Below, one piece after another: positions 1-8,864 of a DNA stretch of 47,148 nt. Origin of the DNA: Candidatus Methylomirabilis sp. (GTDB lineage Bacteria > Methylomirabilota > Methylomirabilia > Methylomirabilales > JACPAU01); assembly GCA_036000645.1 (NCBI GenBank), contig DASYVA010000062.1, positions 1 to 47,148 on the forward strand, read 5' to 3'. Below the pieces are notes generated by a model that had not been told where the DNA came from, did not search any database, and worked only from the letters and a program-made list of their open reading frames with translations. Every line of letters starts with the position of its first letter. Positions within the stretch are counted from its first letter, which is position 1. The position numbers were made by a program, and so were the translations under genes.

Positions 1-345
1 CCCGCCGCGACGAGCGTCGTATACCGGGTCGCGACAGACCGGCGAGTCGCCTACGCGATTGACGCGTCCGACCCACAGGCCCCCTGGCTGACGCGCGATA
101 CGGGAACCGGGCCCATGCGGCTCCACCCCGACATCGAGAGCCTGGAATTCTCCTTTGTGATGAACGACGGCGCGATCGTGAGTGATCCGTCCACCATCAC
201 CACCGCCGCCCAGGCAGCCAATATCCGGCTCGTGAGCGTGAGGGTGACGTCAAGGGCCGACCACCGGAGTGGCAGGATCGGAGGGGATGGCTATCGGCGC
301 CAGACCCTCGCCTCCCACGTGGACCTCCGGAATCTAGGGCAGTAG
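1..345 (+). CDS. type IV pilus minor pilin/assembly protein, PilW-like, C-terminal fragment (5' end outside window)
   Basis: Frame 1 is open from nt 1 to TAG 343-345. The beta-rich tail ...IRLVSVRVTSRADHRSG...LASHVDLRNLGQ ends like PilW-type minor pilins. A PilX_N-type gene follows 18 nt downstream. Confidence 0.45.
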   Translation, partial: PAATSVVYRVATDRRVAYAIDASDPQAPWLTRDTGTGPMRLHPDIESLEFSFVMNDGAIVSDPSTITTAAQAANIRLVSVRVTSRADHRSGRIGGDGYRRQTLASHVDLRNLGQ

Positions 346-362
346 GCCCCTCGGAGAGGACC

Positions 363-2042
363 ATGCGCCGCAAGACAGTCGCTAGCGGAGAAGGCGGGTA
401 CATCCTGTTCGTGGCCTTGGGGTTCGCCGTCCTCCTCGGCTTGGGGAGTGTGCTGGCGGTCACTGGAACGATCGCCGAGCTGCAGAGCGCCGGGCGGCAA
501 CTCCGCGACAAGCGCGCCTTCTTCCTGGCCGACGGGGGGGCGAATCTCTGCCTCCATGAGCTGCGCAACCGTCTCCAGCGCGACCTCGCGGGGCAGTTGC
601 GGATCCTGGCTGACATGCAGAGCGTGGGGAACTACGTCTCCAATAACGACCCAGCAGGATTCCTGGCGACGTACGCCTATGAGGCCGGGACCTCCTTGGG
701 GGACGCCTTCCAGCGGGTGAATGCCTCGGAGGCACGCCTGCCCCTGAGTTACACCGCGGCGGGGGCCCCGGGTCCCTACACGTGCACGCTCGCGGTCCTC
801 TCCCGCACAGCACCGGTGAATCGGGGAACCGCGATGTCCCCCGTTTACCTCTTTCGCTACCACTACGCTATCGACGGCTCGGCCACGGACGGGGAAATCG
901 CCCGGCGGGTCAACCTCCAGGGGACCTTCTCGGTACAGGTCGAAATGGAGAACTTCGCCCGCTATGCCCTGTTCACCAACCAGCAGCGGGATGCAGCGGG
1001 CTCGCCGATCTGGTTCACCAACCGGACCAACTTCTCGGGTCCGGTCCACACCAACGGGGAATTCAATTTCGCCCTGAACCCCGGCGGCTTGTTCACCGGG
1101 CCGGTGACCAGCGTCTCGTCCACCGCGACCTACTACAATGGGGGCGCACCGGTCCAGCTCAACGCCGACCGCAACGGCGATCGGGATGTCCCGACGTTCG
1201 AGGCGGGATTCGAGCGCGGGGTCCCGAACATCCCCATGCCCACGACGACCACCGCGGAGCGCCAGCGCGAGGCGGCCCTCGGCCTGCCCGGGGGATCTGG
1301 AATCCCCGCGCATCCGACCGGAGTCTATCTGGGGTCCTCCGGTGGGGCCATGACGGGCGGCATCTATATCAAAGGCGATGCGGCGATGACGTTGGGCGCT
1401 GGGGCCACCACCGCCACCTACACAATCACCCAGGGGGGCTCGACGACGACCGTTACGGTGAATCAGGCCGCAAATCAAACGATCCTCCAGGTCGGATCGG
1501 CCCCCCCCACCGTCTACAGCGGCGTCCCCAACGGGATGATTTTTGTTGACGGGGGAACCCTCAGCAGCCTTTCCGGAACCGTCCAACGGGACTCCAGGGT
1601 GACGGTGGCGACCACCGGCGATATCCAGATCACGAACAACATCACGTACCAGGACTACACGCCGGGCAGCGTCCCAAGCGCGGAGGGGACCACGAATGTC
1701 CTGGGGATCCTCTCCTGGAGTGGCAATGTGCGGATCGGCGCAACGGCTCCCAACGATATCAACGTCCACGCGACAGTCATGACCCCGAATGGCGAATTCC
1801 GGGTGGACAACTATACCACCGGACCCTTCCGGGGGACGGCCACGATCCTCGGGGGAGTCATCGAGAACACCTACGGCGCCTTCGGAACCGTCGGCACGAT
1901 AAAAACCGGGTACCTGCGGACCTTCGTCTATGACACCCGGATGGGAAGGGGAGTGGCCCCCCCGTTCTTTCCCACGACCGGAAAGATGGTCATCACTCTC
2001 CCAGGCGTCAATGACCGTCCAAACTGGCAGCAGACAAGCTGA
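363..2042 (+). CDS. large PilX_N-domain type IV pilus assembly / tip-associated protein (559 aa)
   Basis: ATG 363 is preceded by GGAGAGGA. The N-terminal hydrophobic segment GGYILFVALGFAVLLGLGSVLAV is followed by ELQSAGRQL..RAFFLADGGANL, the PilX N-terminal pattern. The rest is T/G/N-rich and beta-type, with a GPVHTNGEFNF motif resembling DUF4900-type PilX relatives. Confidence 0.6.
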   Translation: MRRKTVASGEGGYILFVALGFAVLLGLGSVLAVTGTIAELQSAGRQLRDKRAFFLADGGANLCLHELRNRLQRDLAGQLRILADMQSVGNYVSNNDPAGFLATYAYEAGTSLGDAFQRVNASEARLPLSYTAAGAPGPYTCTLAVLSRTAPVNRGTAMSPVYLFRYHYAIDGSATDGEIARRVNLQGTFSVQVEMENFARYALFTNQQRDAAGSPIWFTNRTNFSGPVHTNGEFNFALNPGGLFTGPVTSVSSTATYYNGGAPVQLNADRNGDRDVPTFEAGFERGVPNIPMPTTTTAERQREAALGLPGGSGIPAHPTGVYLGSSGGAMTGGIYIKGDAAMTLGAGATTATYTITQGGSTTTVTVNQAANQTILQVGSAPPTVYSGVPNGMIFVDGGTLSSLSGTVQRDSRVTVATTGDIQITNNITYQDYTPGSVPSAEGTTNVLGILSWSGNVRIGATAPNDINVHATVMTPNGEFRVDNYTTGPFRGTATILGGVIENTYGAFGTVGTIKTGYLRTFVYDTRMGRGVAPPFFPTTGKMVITLPGVNDRPNWQQTS

Positions 2043-2097
2043 CTGGCGCCGGCCTCCCGACCGGTCAAACCAGCCCTCCTCCACCGGGCGACTCGGT

Positions 2098-2349
2098 GTG
2101 GGGGGAATCCTGCTCCTCCTCGCCATCGTGGCAACGGTCTGGGTGCTCTTCAGCTCCTCGCGCACCCAGGAGATCCCACCCCCGAACGATGCCTCGCCAC
2201 CGCACCTGGGCTCTGCGGTGATGCCCCCAGGGTCGGCTGCGGCCGCGCAGGGATCCCCCCACACAGGAACAGGGGGGCGCCGCGGCCGCCCGCTTTCCGA
2301 CGAGGAGCTCGTTCAGCAACTCCCTCCCGGCGCTGCCCTCCCCGAGTAA
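2098..2349 (+). CDS. possible small membrane-anchored Pro-rich protein (start uncertain)
   Basis: A GTG 2098 start gives VGGILLLLAIVATVWVLF (one TM helix) followed by a P/A/G-rich tail. Third positions are mostly G/C. There is no clear SD and I recognise no homology. Confidence 0.25.
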   Translation: MGGILLLLAIVATVWVLFSSSRTQEIPPPNDASPPHLGSAVMPPGSAAAAQGSPHTGTGGRRGRPLSDEELVQQLPPGAALPE

Positions 2350-2576
2350 CCGGATCGCCTCCGGACATTTCTGCTGTCGCATCCCCCCGACGCACGCCGC
2401 TTCACGCGACCCCTCGACACGACTCGGTCTGAAGATTCTGGGAGAAGCGCGGGCGTGAAGGGGCGCCTGGGCGGTCCGGGAGAAGGCCCGGCCACCCGGG
2501 AGCGCGAGGAGAGCGGGGGAAACCCCTCGAGGGCGACGGCGGCCCGCAGCCCTTCGCTGGCCCGGGGCACTCCGCC

Positions 2577-2605
2577 TTGAGGCGAACCCACGGCTGGTGT
2601 AGACT
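2577..2605 (+). promoter_or_regulatory. putative sigma70-type promoter of the lipoprotein gene
   Basis: TTGAGG (2577-2582), 17 nt spacer, TAGACT (2600-2605), 27 nt upstream of GTG 2633. Confidence 0.3.
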
Positions 2606-2632
2606 CCCCGCGTCCCCCTCTCCGGAGACCCC

Positions 2633-3790
2633 GTGCGTCATCTTGGCCTGCTCCTCGTCGCCCTCGCCCTGGCCGGGTGCGGCCCGCGCCTCCTGCAGTG
2701 GGGCTGGGACGAGCCGGACCAGCAGGATCTCCTGCGCTACCGCTTTCTGATGGAGCGCTCCCCCTTCGACGGCGTCGTCCTCCGCCTCACCACCGTGGAT
2801 GCCGCCGGGCGGCCCCACAACTTCTCCTGGGAGGCCGCCGCCCGCCCCTTCCCCCCCGAGGAGCTGGCCCCGGCCGTCGAGACCCTCAAGGCCGCCGTCT
2901 CCGACCGGCTCCGCCATCACTTCCTCCGGGTGAACCTGAACCCGGCCGACCGCCCCTTCGATCTCTTCGACGACGCCGCCTGGGCGACCTTGACCGCCAA
3001 CCTGGTCGCCGCGGTACGAGCCGCCTGGCAGGCCGACCTGGCCGGCCTGCTCCTCGACCCCGAGGCCTACAGCGAGCCCGACCCCGGCACCGGCGGACGC
3101 CGCTACAACGTCTTCGATTACAGCCGACGGGGTCTGTCCGACCGGTCCTTCGCCGACTACCAGCAGGAGGCCTTCCGGCGCGGCTCCGCGATCGCTCAGG
3201 CCGTCGGCGGCGTCCACCCCGAGATCACGCTCCTCCTGGCCTTCGCCTACAGCGCCCCGTGCCTCCTGGAGGACGGGGCGCTGAGTGCGCGGGCCTACGG
3301 GCTCCTCCCCGCCTTCGTGGACGGTATGCTGGCCGCCCGGCCCTCCCGGATGCGCATCGTGGAAGGCTTCGAGCCGACCTACGGGGCCCGCCGGTGCGGG
3401 GAGTTCGCCGCGGCGCGCCGCGCCCTGCGGGATCGCTGCCCCGCCCTCTCGCTGGCGCCCGAGCGCCTCGCCAACCTCGAGGTAGCCTTCGGCCTGTGGA
3501 TGGATTACGGCTCGACCGGGCCCTGCGCCCGCTTCCGTGCCGCGGGGGAGCCCTGCCCCTGGTACGATCCCATGCTGCACCCGGAATCGCGGCAGGAGCG
3601 GCTCGATCCCGCCCGGTTCCGCGAGGGCGTGGCGGCCGCCCTGGCCCTGACCGACCGGTACGTCTGGATCTATGCCGAGCAGCCCCGCTGGTGGACGATG
3701 GACCCCCGCGCGGCCAACATGCCGGCCGCGTATGCCGAGGCGGTCCGGAGCGGCCGCCAGGCCGCCGGCGCGGCCTGCCGCGAACCCTGA
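2633..3790 (+). CDS. lipoprotein of unknown function
   Basis: GTG start with GGAG 8 nt upstream. Signal peptide MRHLGLLLVALALAGC contains a lipobox (LAGC). Coding-type GC3 is consistent over 385 codons. Confidence 0.7.
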   Translation: MRHLGLLLVALALAGCGPRLLQWGWDEPDQQDLLRYRFLMERSPFDGVVLRLTTVDAAGRPHNFSWEAAARPFPPEELAPAVETLKAAVSDRLRHHFLRVNLNPADRPFDLFDDAAWATLTANLVAAVRAAWQADLAGLLLDPEAYSEPDPGTGGRRYNVFDYSRRGLSDRSFADYQQEAFRRGSAIAQAVGGVHPEITLLLAFAYSAPCLLEDGALSARAYGLLPAFVDGMLAARPSRMRIVEGFEPTYGARRCGEFAAARRALRDRCPALSLAPERLANLEVAFGLWMDYGSTGPCARFRAAGEPCPWYDPMLHPESRQERLDPARFREGVAAALALTDRYVWIYAEQPRWWTMDPRAANMPAAYAEAVRSGRQAAGAACREP

Positions 3791-3806
3791 ATCGGGAGGT
3801 CTTCCC

Positions 3807-4655
3807 GTGGACCGCCCTTGTCGGCGCCTCGTCGTGATCCGGGGCGGAGGCGATCTCGCCTCCGCCGTCGCGCACCGGCTCTTCCGGGAGGGGCGCGCCG
3901 TGGTGATCGTGGAGGAGCCGGAGCCCCGGGTGGTCCGGCGGAGGATGGCCTTCGCTCAGGCGGTCTTCGCGGGGGAGGCGACCGTGGAGGGGGTGCGGGC
4001 GGTCCGCACGCAGGCGGGCCCGGCGCTCGAGCGCTTCCTCGAGAGCCGGGAGGAGATCCCCCTCCTGGTGGACCCGACGGGGGAGGCGGTCCGGACGCTC
4101 GGGCCGACCGTCCTGGTGGATGCCCGGATGCGGAAGAAGGAGCGGAGCGATTCCTCGGTCGCCGAGGCCCCCCTCGTCATCGGGCTCGGACCCGGGTTCC
4201 TGGCGGGGCGAGAGGCCCACGTCGTCATCGAAACGGCTCGGGGGGAACATCTCGGGAAGGTCCTCACCGAGGGAGAGGCGCTCCCCTACGACGGAATCCC
4301 GGTGGAGCTGGGGGGGTTCACGAGGGAGCGCTACCTGTACGCCCCGGTGGGGGGGGTCTTCCGGACACCCCTCGACATCGGCGCCCCGATCGAGGCCGGG
4401 CAGGCGATGGGAGAGGTGGCGGGCGTCCCCGTCGTCGCCAAGGTGGGCGGCACCATCCGGGGGATCCTGAAGGATGGGGTCCGGGTGAGCGCGGGCCAGA
4501 AGCTCGTGGACATCGATCCCCGGGAGGAGGCGGTCCTCACGGGGATCAGCGAGAAGGCGCAGGTGATCGCCGAGGGCGTGGCCGCAGCCATCGCGGCCTG
4601 GGAGGCCGCGGCGTCTCGCGGCCAGGACCGCCCCGGGCCGGGCCGGGAGACGTAG
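3807..4655 (+). CDS. selenium-dependent molybdenum hydroxylase system protein, YqeB family (short XdhC-like form)
   Basis: GTG 3807 follows GGGAGG (3794-3799). Family-typical blocks are present: VVIRGGGDLASAVAHRL, RRRMAFAQAVF.GEATVEGV, IPLLVDP, VLVDARMRKK, VIGLGPGFLAG, VVIETARGEHLGKV, GQKLVDIDPRE. Confidence 0.8.
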   Translation: MDRPCRRLVVIRGGGDLASAVAHRLFREGRAVVIVEEPEPRVVRRRMAFAQAVFAGEATVEGVRAVRTQAGPALERFLESREEIPLLVDPTGEAVRTLGPTVLVDARMRKKERSDSSVAEAPLVIGLGPGFLAGREAHVVIETARGEHLGKVLTEGEALPYDGIPVELGGFTRERYLYAPVGGVFRTPLDIGAPIEAGQAMGEVAGVPVVAKVGGTIRGILKDGVRVSAGQKLVDIDPREEAVLTGISEKAQVIAEGVAAAIAAWEAAASRGQDRPGPGRET

Positions 4656-4693
4656 TCTCCCCGCGAGCCAGCAGCCGGAGAGGAGGGAGGAGC

Positions 4694-4879
4694 GTGGCGC
4701 GGACGGCACAGACGCTGGAGCGGATGCTCACGGAGGTGGCGGAGGTGCGGCTGGACCCCCAGGAGCGGGCGGCCGTCGTGGCGGCGCTCTCGGCCCTCGG
4801 CCCGTCCCTCGACCGGCTCGCGGATCAGGATCCGGCGGGGCTGGAGCCGGTGACCGCGTTCCGCCGCGATGAGGCGTGA
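4694..4879 (+). CDS. AtzG-like small protein (DUF4089; GatC-like partner of AtzE-type amidases)
   Basis: GTG 4694 follows GGAGGGAGGAG. The 61-aa product LTEVAEVRLDPQERAAVVAALSALGPSLDRLADQDPAGLEPVTAFR fits the DUF4089 pattern (l.ld.e.r..V...l......v....l....EP...F). It overlaps the amidase start by 11 nt. Confidence 0.6.
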   Translation: MARTAQTLERMLTEVAEVRLDPQERAAVVAALSALGPSLDRLADQDPAGLEPVTAFRRDEA

Positions 4880-6296
4880 GGTGCGCGACCCCGCCCTTGC
4901 CCTCCTGAGCCTCACGGAAGTCGCCCGGCTCCTGAAGCGGCGCACCGTCTCCCCGGTGGAAGTGACCCGCGCCGTCCTCGACCGGATCGCCGCCGTCAAC
5001 GAGCGCCTGAATGCCTTCCTGACCATCACGGCGGACGACGCGCTGGCCGCCGCCCGCCGGGCGGAACGGGCGATCCGGGCCGGGCGGTACCGGGGACCGC
5101 TGCACGGGGTCCCGGTCTCGGTCAAGGACCTGATCCCGGCGGCGGGGACCCGCACGACGTGCGGCTCCCGCATCCTCGCCGATTGGATCCCGGACACGGA
5201 CGCCACCCTCATCCGCCGGCTCCGGGAGGCGGGGGCGATCCTGATCGGCAAGACGCACCTGCACGAGTTCGCCTACGGCCCGACCAACGTCAACCCGCAC
5301 TACGGAGCGGCCCGCAACCCTTGGGATCCCCAGCGGATGACCGGGGGCTCGAGCGGCGGCTCGGGGTCCGCCGTGGCGACGGGCTGCTCCTACGTCTCCA
5401 TCGGGACCGACACCGGCGGCTCCGTCCGGATCCCGGCGGCCCTCTGCGGCGTGGTCGGCCTGAAGCCGACGTACGGGCGGATCAGCCGGGCCGGGATCTT
5501 CCCCCTCTCCTGGTCGAACGACCACGCCGGCCCTCTCACCCGCACCGTGGCCGACGCCGCGCTCGCCCTGCAAGCCCTCTCCGGGTTCGACGCGGCCGAC
5601 CCCGGCTCCAGCCGGCACCCCCTGCCCAATTTCTCGCGGGGGCTCACGGCGGGTGTGAAGGGGCTGCGTCTCGGGGTCCCGCGGGAGTTCTTCTGGGACA
5701 ACGTGGACCCGGAGGTGGCCGAGGCGGTGAAAAAGGCGATTGCCGTGCTGGCGGGGCTGGGCGCCGCGGTCCGGCAGGTGAGCTGGCCGATGGCCGTCGA
5801 GGCGAAGGCCATCTCCTTCCTGATCATGGGGGCGGAGAGCTATAGCGTCCACGAGCGGTGGCTCAAGGCGCGGCCGGAGGACTATGGCCCCGATGTCCGG
5901 CAGCGCCTGGCGCAGGGTGCGACGATTCTCGCGGGGGACTATCTCCGGGCCCAGCGGCTCCGCCGCGGCCTCATCCAGACCCTCGACGCCGTCCTCGCGA
6001 CCTGTGACGTCCTGCTCACCCCCACGGTTCCCGTCGCGGCCCCCCGCCTGGACGAGACCACCCTGAAGTGGCCGAAGGAGGCCGAGAGCATGACCGCCGC
6101 CCTCCCCCGCCTGACCCGGGCGTTCAACCTGACCGGGACCCCGGCGCTCAGCGTGCCCTGCGGGCTCACGACGCAGGGGCTCCCCATCGGCCTGCAGATC
6201 GCGGGGCGCGCCTTCGATGAGGCCACGGTCCTCCGCGTGGGTCACGCCTACGAGCAGGCCGCGCGCATTCCGGTCCGCCGACCGCGGGAGCCCTGA
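4869..6296 (+). CDS. amidase-signature family hydrolase (AtzE / GatA-like)
   Basis: Catalytic Lys lies in GVPVSVKDL. The signature GGSSGGSGSAVA...GTDTGGSVRIPAALCGVVGLKPTYGRISR is present. Length is 475 aa. Confidence 0.9.
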   Translation: MRREVRDPALALLSLTEVARLLKRRTVSPVEVTRAVLDRIAAVNERLNAFLTITADDALAAARRAERAIRAGRYRGPLHGVPVSVKDLIPAAGTRTTCGSRILADWIPDTDATLIRRLREAGAILIGKTHLHEFAYGPTNVNPHYGAARNPWDPQRMTGGSSGGSGSAVATGCSYVSIGTDTGGSVRIPAALCGVVGLKPTYGRISRAGIFPLSWSNDHAGPLTRTVADAALALQALSGFDAADPGSSRHPLPNFSRGLTAGVKGLRLGVPREFFWDNVDPEVAEAVKKAIAVLAGLGAAVRQVSWPMAVEAKAISFLIMGAESYSVHERWLKARPEDYGPDVRQRLAQGATILAGDYLRAQRLRRGLIQTLDAVLATCDVLLTPTVPVAAPRLDETTLKWPKEAESMTAALPRLTRAFNLTGTPALSVPCGLTTQGLPIGLQIAGRAFDEATVLRVGHAYEQAARIPVRRPREP

Positions 6297-6619
6297 TGCC
6301 GGCCGATTCCGGCGAGGAGGCCGGCTCCCCCGTCCCGGTCCCCATCGAGGAGGTCCTCGACCTGCATCCCTTCCACCCCCGGGACGTCCCCTCGGTGGTC
6401 GAAGAATACCTCCGGGAGGCGGCGGCCCGGGGATTCCGGGAGGTCCGCCTCATCCACGGGCGGGGGAGCGGCTTTCAGCGGCAGGTGGTGCAGGACCTGC
6501 TGGCCCGCCATCCCCTGGTTCTGCGGTTCGCCGACGCCCCCTCCGAGCGGGGCGGGTGGGGGGCCACGCTCGTGTGGCTCAGGCCGAGCGCCCCCGACCC
6601 GGCCGGCTTGTCGGCCTGA
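6296..6619 (+). CDS. Smr domain protein
   Basis: The ATG overlaps the amidase TGA (TGATG). Motifs LDLHP...VRLIHGRGSG.LQ..V...L and GGWGATLVWL match the Smr / MutS2 C-terminal domain pattern. Confidence 0.75.
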   Translation: MPADSGEEAGSPVPVPIEEVLDLHPFHPRDVPSVVEEYLREAAARGFREVRLIHGRGSGFQRQVVQDLLARHPLVLRFADAPSERGGWGATLVWLRPSAPDPAGLSA

Positions 6620-6657
6620 ATGGCACCGCGGCGAGCGGGCCGAGGCGGGGGCCTCTC

Positions 6658-6687
6658 TTGCCTTTGCACCGGACCTTCTGCGATACT
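6658..6687 (+). promoter_or_regulatory. putative promoter of the PflX radical SAM gene (would give a leaderless mRNA)
   Basis: TTGCCT (6658-6663), 18 nt spacer, GATACT (6682-6687). The ATG at 6694 is only 6 nt past the -10 box and has no SD. Confidence 0.3.
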
Positions 6688-6693
6688 CTAGCC

Positions 6694-7656
6694 ATGCCGA
6701 CCGCCTTCCTGACCACCGAGTGCACCCCCGCCTACCTCAAGCTGGGGATCGCGGACCTGGAACGCCGGGCGGAGGAGGCGCTGGCCGGCCTCGCCTCCTG
6801 CCGGGTCTGCCCCCGAGACTGCGAGGTCAACCGGCTCGCCGACGAGGCCGCGATCTGCAAGGTCGGCCGGTACGCCAAGGTCGGCTCGGCCTTCCCCCAC
6901 TTCGGCGAGGAGGACTGCCTCAGGGGCTGGAAGGGCTCGGGGACCATCTTTTTCTCCCTGTGCAACCTCCGCTGCGTGTTCTGCCAGAACTTCGACATCA
7001 GCCAGGGGGGGGAGGGGAGCACCGCGATGCCCGAGCGCCTGGCCGCCCTGATGCTCGGGCTTCAGGACAAGGGATGCCACAACATCAACTTCGTGACGCC
7101 GGAGCACGTGGTCCCCCAGATCCTGGAGGCCCTGCCCCACGCGGTGCGGGGCGGCCTCCGCCTGCCGCTCGTGTACAACACCAGCGCCTACGATTCCCTG
7201 GAGAGCCTCCGGCACCTGGACGGGGTCGTGGACATCTACATGCCCGACTTCAAGGTCTGGGACCGGCAGGTGGCCAAGCGGTACCTGAAGGCCCCCGACT
7301 ACCCGGAGGCGGCGCGGGCGGCCGTCGGGGAGATGCACCGACAGGTCGGCCCCCTCGCCTTCGACGAGCGGGGGCTCGCCCGCCGCGGCCTCCTCGTCCG
7401 GCACCTGGTCATGCCCGGAGGGCTGGGCGGGACCCGGGAGGTCATGCGGTTCCTCGCCCGGGAGGTCTCGCGCGACACCTACGTCAACATCATGGGCCAG
7501 TACTACCCGGCCGGCCTGGTGAACGAGGAGCGCTACCCCGAGATCAACCGGCACGTCACGGCGGAAGAGCTGGCGGAGGCCCGCCGGATCGCCGCAGAGG
7601 AGGGCCTCTACCGCTTCGACGACCGCCGCCAGAGCCCCCTCCGCTGGCTCAACTGA
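6694..7656 (+). CDS. radical SAM protein, PflX family (pyruvate formate-lyase activase-like)
   Basis: CRVCPRDCEVNR...ICKVG...PHFGEEDCLRG.KGSGTIFFSLCNLRCVFCQNFDISQ carries the CxxxCxxC radical SAM motif and the PflX/COG1313 N-terminal Cys cluster. ATG 6694 is the first Met after the non-coding-looking part of the ORF. Confidence 0.85.
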   Translation: MPTAFLTTECTPAYLKLGIADLERRAEEALAGLASCRVCPRDCEVNRLADEAAICKVGRYAKVGSAFPHFGEEDCLRGWKGSGTIFFSLCNLRCVFCQNFDISQGGEGSTAMPERLAALMLGLQDKGCHNINFVTPEHVVPQILEALPHAVRGGLRLPLVYNTSAYDSLESLRHLDGVVDIYMPDFKVWDRQVAKRYLKAPDYPEAARAAVGEMHRQVGPLAFDERGLARRGLLVRHLVMPGGLGGTREVMRFLAREVSRDTYVNIMGQYYPAGLVNEERYPEINRHVTAEELAEARRIAAEEGLYRFDDRRQSPLRWLN

Positions 7657-7832
7657 TCCCCCGGATCCTCGCCCGATCTCCGGTCCCCCGCCGCCCCCGC
7701 CCGGCGGCCTTCCCGCTCCCCCGTCCCCCGCGCTATCATGCCGGAAGGGGAACCGCGCCCCGAGGGAGGGTCCCGTTGCCCAGCCGCACCGCACACCTCA
7801 CGGCCTGAGGGGAGGCCCGGAGGAGAGTCCCC

Positions 7833-8864
7833 GTGTCCGCGTCCGGCGCGCCCACCAAGGGCAGAGTCGTCTCCTTCGTGATCGCCGAGACCGATCAGAG
7901 TCTCGACGGCCCGGCCGCGGCCAGCCCCCGCGGCCTGCGCAGCGCGCCCAACTACCCGGCGTTCATCCCGGCCCTGACCGTCCTGGGGATGCGCCAGGAG
8001 ACCCTGAACGGCCGCCCGGTGGACCTCGTGGTCAAGGCGGTGCCGCCCCGCATCGTGATCGCGGAGGCGACCGCCGAGGTCGAGGACATCTTCCATGAGA
8101 CGGTGCTGGACCGGAAGAATGCCCTGCTCGCCGCGGCGCGCCGGGTCCTGGCCGAGTACCGATGTCGTCCCGACTTCGACGAGGAGTATACGGTCTACTG
8201 CGTGGCCGGCTACGGCGGCGAGGCAGATGCCTTCCTGGCCCTGCACGGCGGGACGGTGGCCGGGTTCCTCAAGAACGAGAAGATCCCCCTCGACGAGGGG
8301 ACCGTGGAGGCCACCCTCAAGAGCAGCATCAAGTACGCCCGCCACGACCTGGCCGTCGTGGACTGGGACGGGGCGTTCCTCTTCGACCCCTACGGGGACT
8401 TCGAAAGCACCATCGAGCTATTCGAGATCGCGAACCTCCAGCTCCTCCGCTGCCGGATCCTGGACTCGGCCCTCGATCAGCGGCTGGAGCGGGTCGCCGG
8501 CCTCCTGGGGGCGCCCGACCAGCGCATCCTCTTTCGGGCCCGGGAGGTGCGGGGCGTCCTCCGGGAGATCATGCGGCTGCGGTCCCAGTCCATCCTGGAG
8601 TTCCAGGGCATCGAGAAGAACATCAAGCTGATCGGGGACTGGTACTCGGCCGACCTGTACGACCTCATCGTCACCAAGTTCCACCTGCGCACCTGGCAGC
8701 GGAACGTCAAGGAGAAGCTGGACGCGCTGGAGGACATCTACACCATGACCTCGGAGAACTTCACCTTCTCCTTCTCCTCTACCGTGGACCTGGTCCAGAC
8801 GGCCGGCTGGTTCCTCCTCCTGGTCGGCTACTTCGCGCTGTTCTTCCTGGAGCTCTCCCGGTGA
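7833..8864 (+). CDS. hypothetical protein, possibly DUF155/RMD1-like, with C-terminal TM helix
   Basis: GTG 7833 follows GGAGGAGAG. The protein has a central helical region (LELFEIANLQLLRCRILDSALDQRLERV ... DWYSADLYDLIVTKFHLRTWQRNVKEKLDALEDIY) and a terminal TM helix (WFLLLVGYFALFFLEL). This architecture is reminiscent of RMD1/YagE proteins. The family call is tentative. Confidence 0.6.
   Translation: MSASGAPTKGRVVSFVIAETDQSLDGPAAASPRGLRSAPNYPAFIPALTVLGMRQETLNGRPVDLVVKAVPPRIVIAEATAEVEDIFHETVLDRKNALLAAARRVLAEYRCRPDFDEEYTVYCVAGYGGEADAFLALHGGTVAGFLKNEKIPLDEGTVEATLKSSIKYARHDLAVVDWDGAFLFDPYGDFESTIELFEIANLQLLRCRILDSALDQRLERVAGLLGAPDQRILFRAREVRGVLREIMRLRSQSILEFQGIEKNIKLIGDWYSADLYDLIVTKFHLRTWQRNVKEKLDALEDIYTMTSENFTFSFSSTVDLVQTAGWFLLLVGYFALFFLELSR

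Noticed and set aside
6694-7656. The radical SAM gene as the missing partner of the Memo gene, which would complete an AmmeMemoRadiSam system.
   Set aside because: The N-terminal Cys cluster and the GSGTIFFSLCNLRCVFCQN block fit the PflX/COG1313 family, not the AmmeMemoRadiSam enzyme. The gene is 9.4 kb away on an unrelated operon, and no AMMECR1 gene is present.
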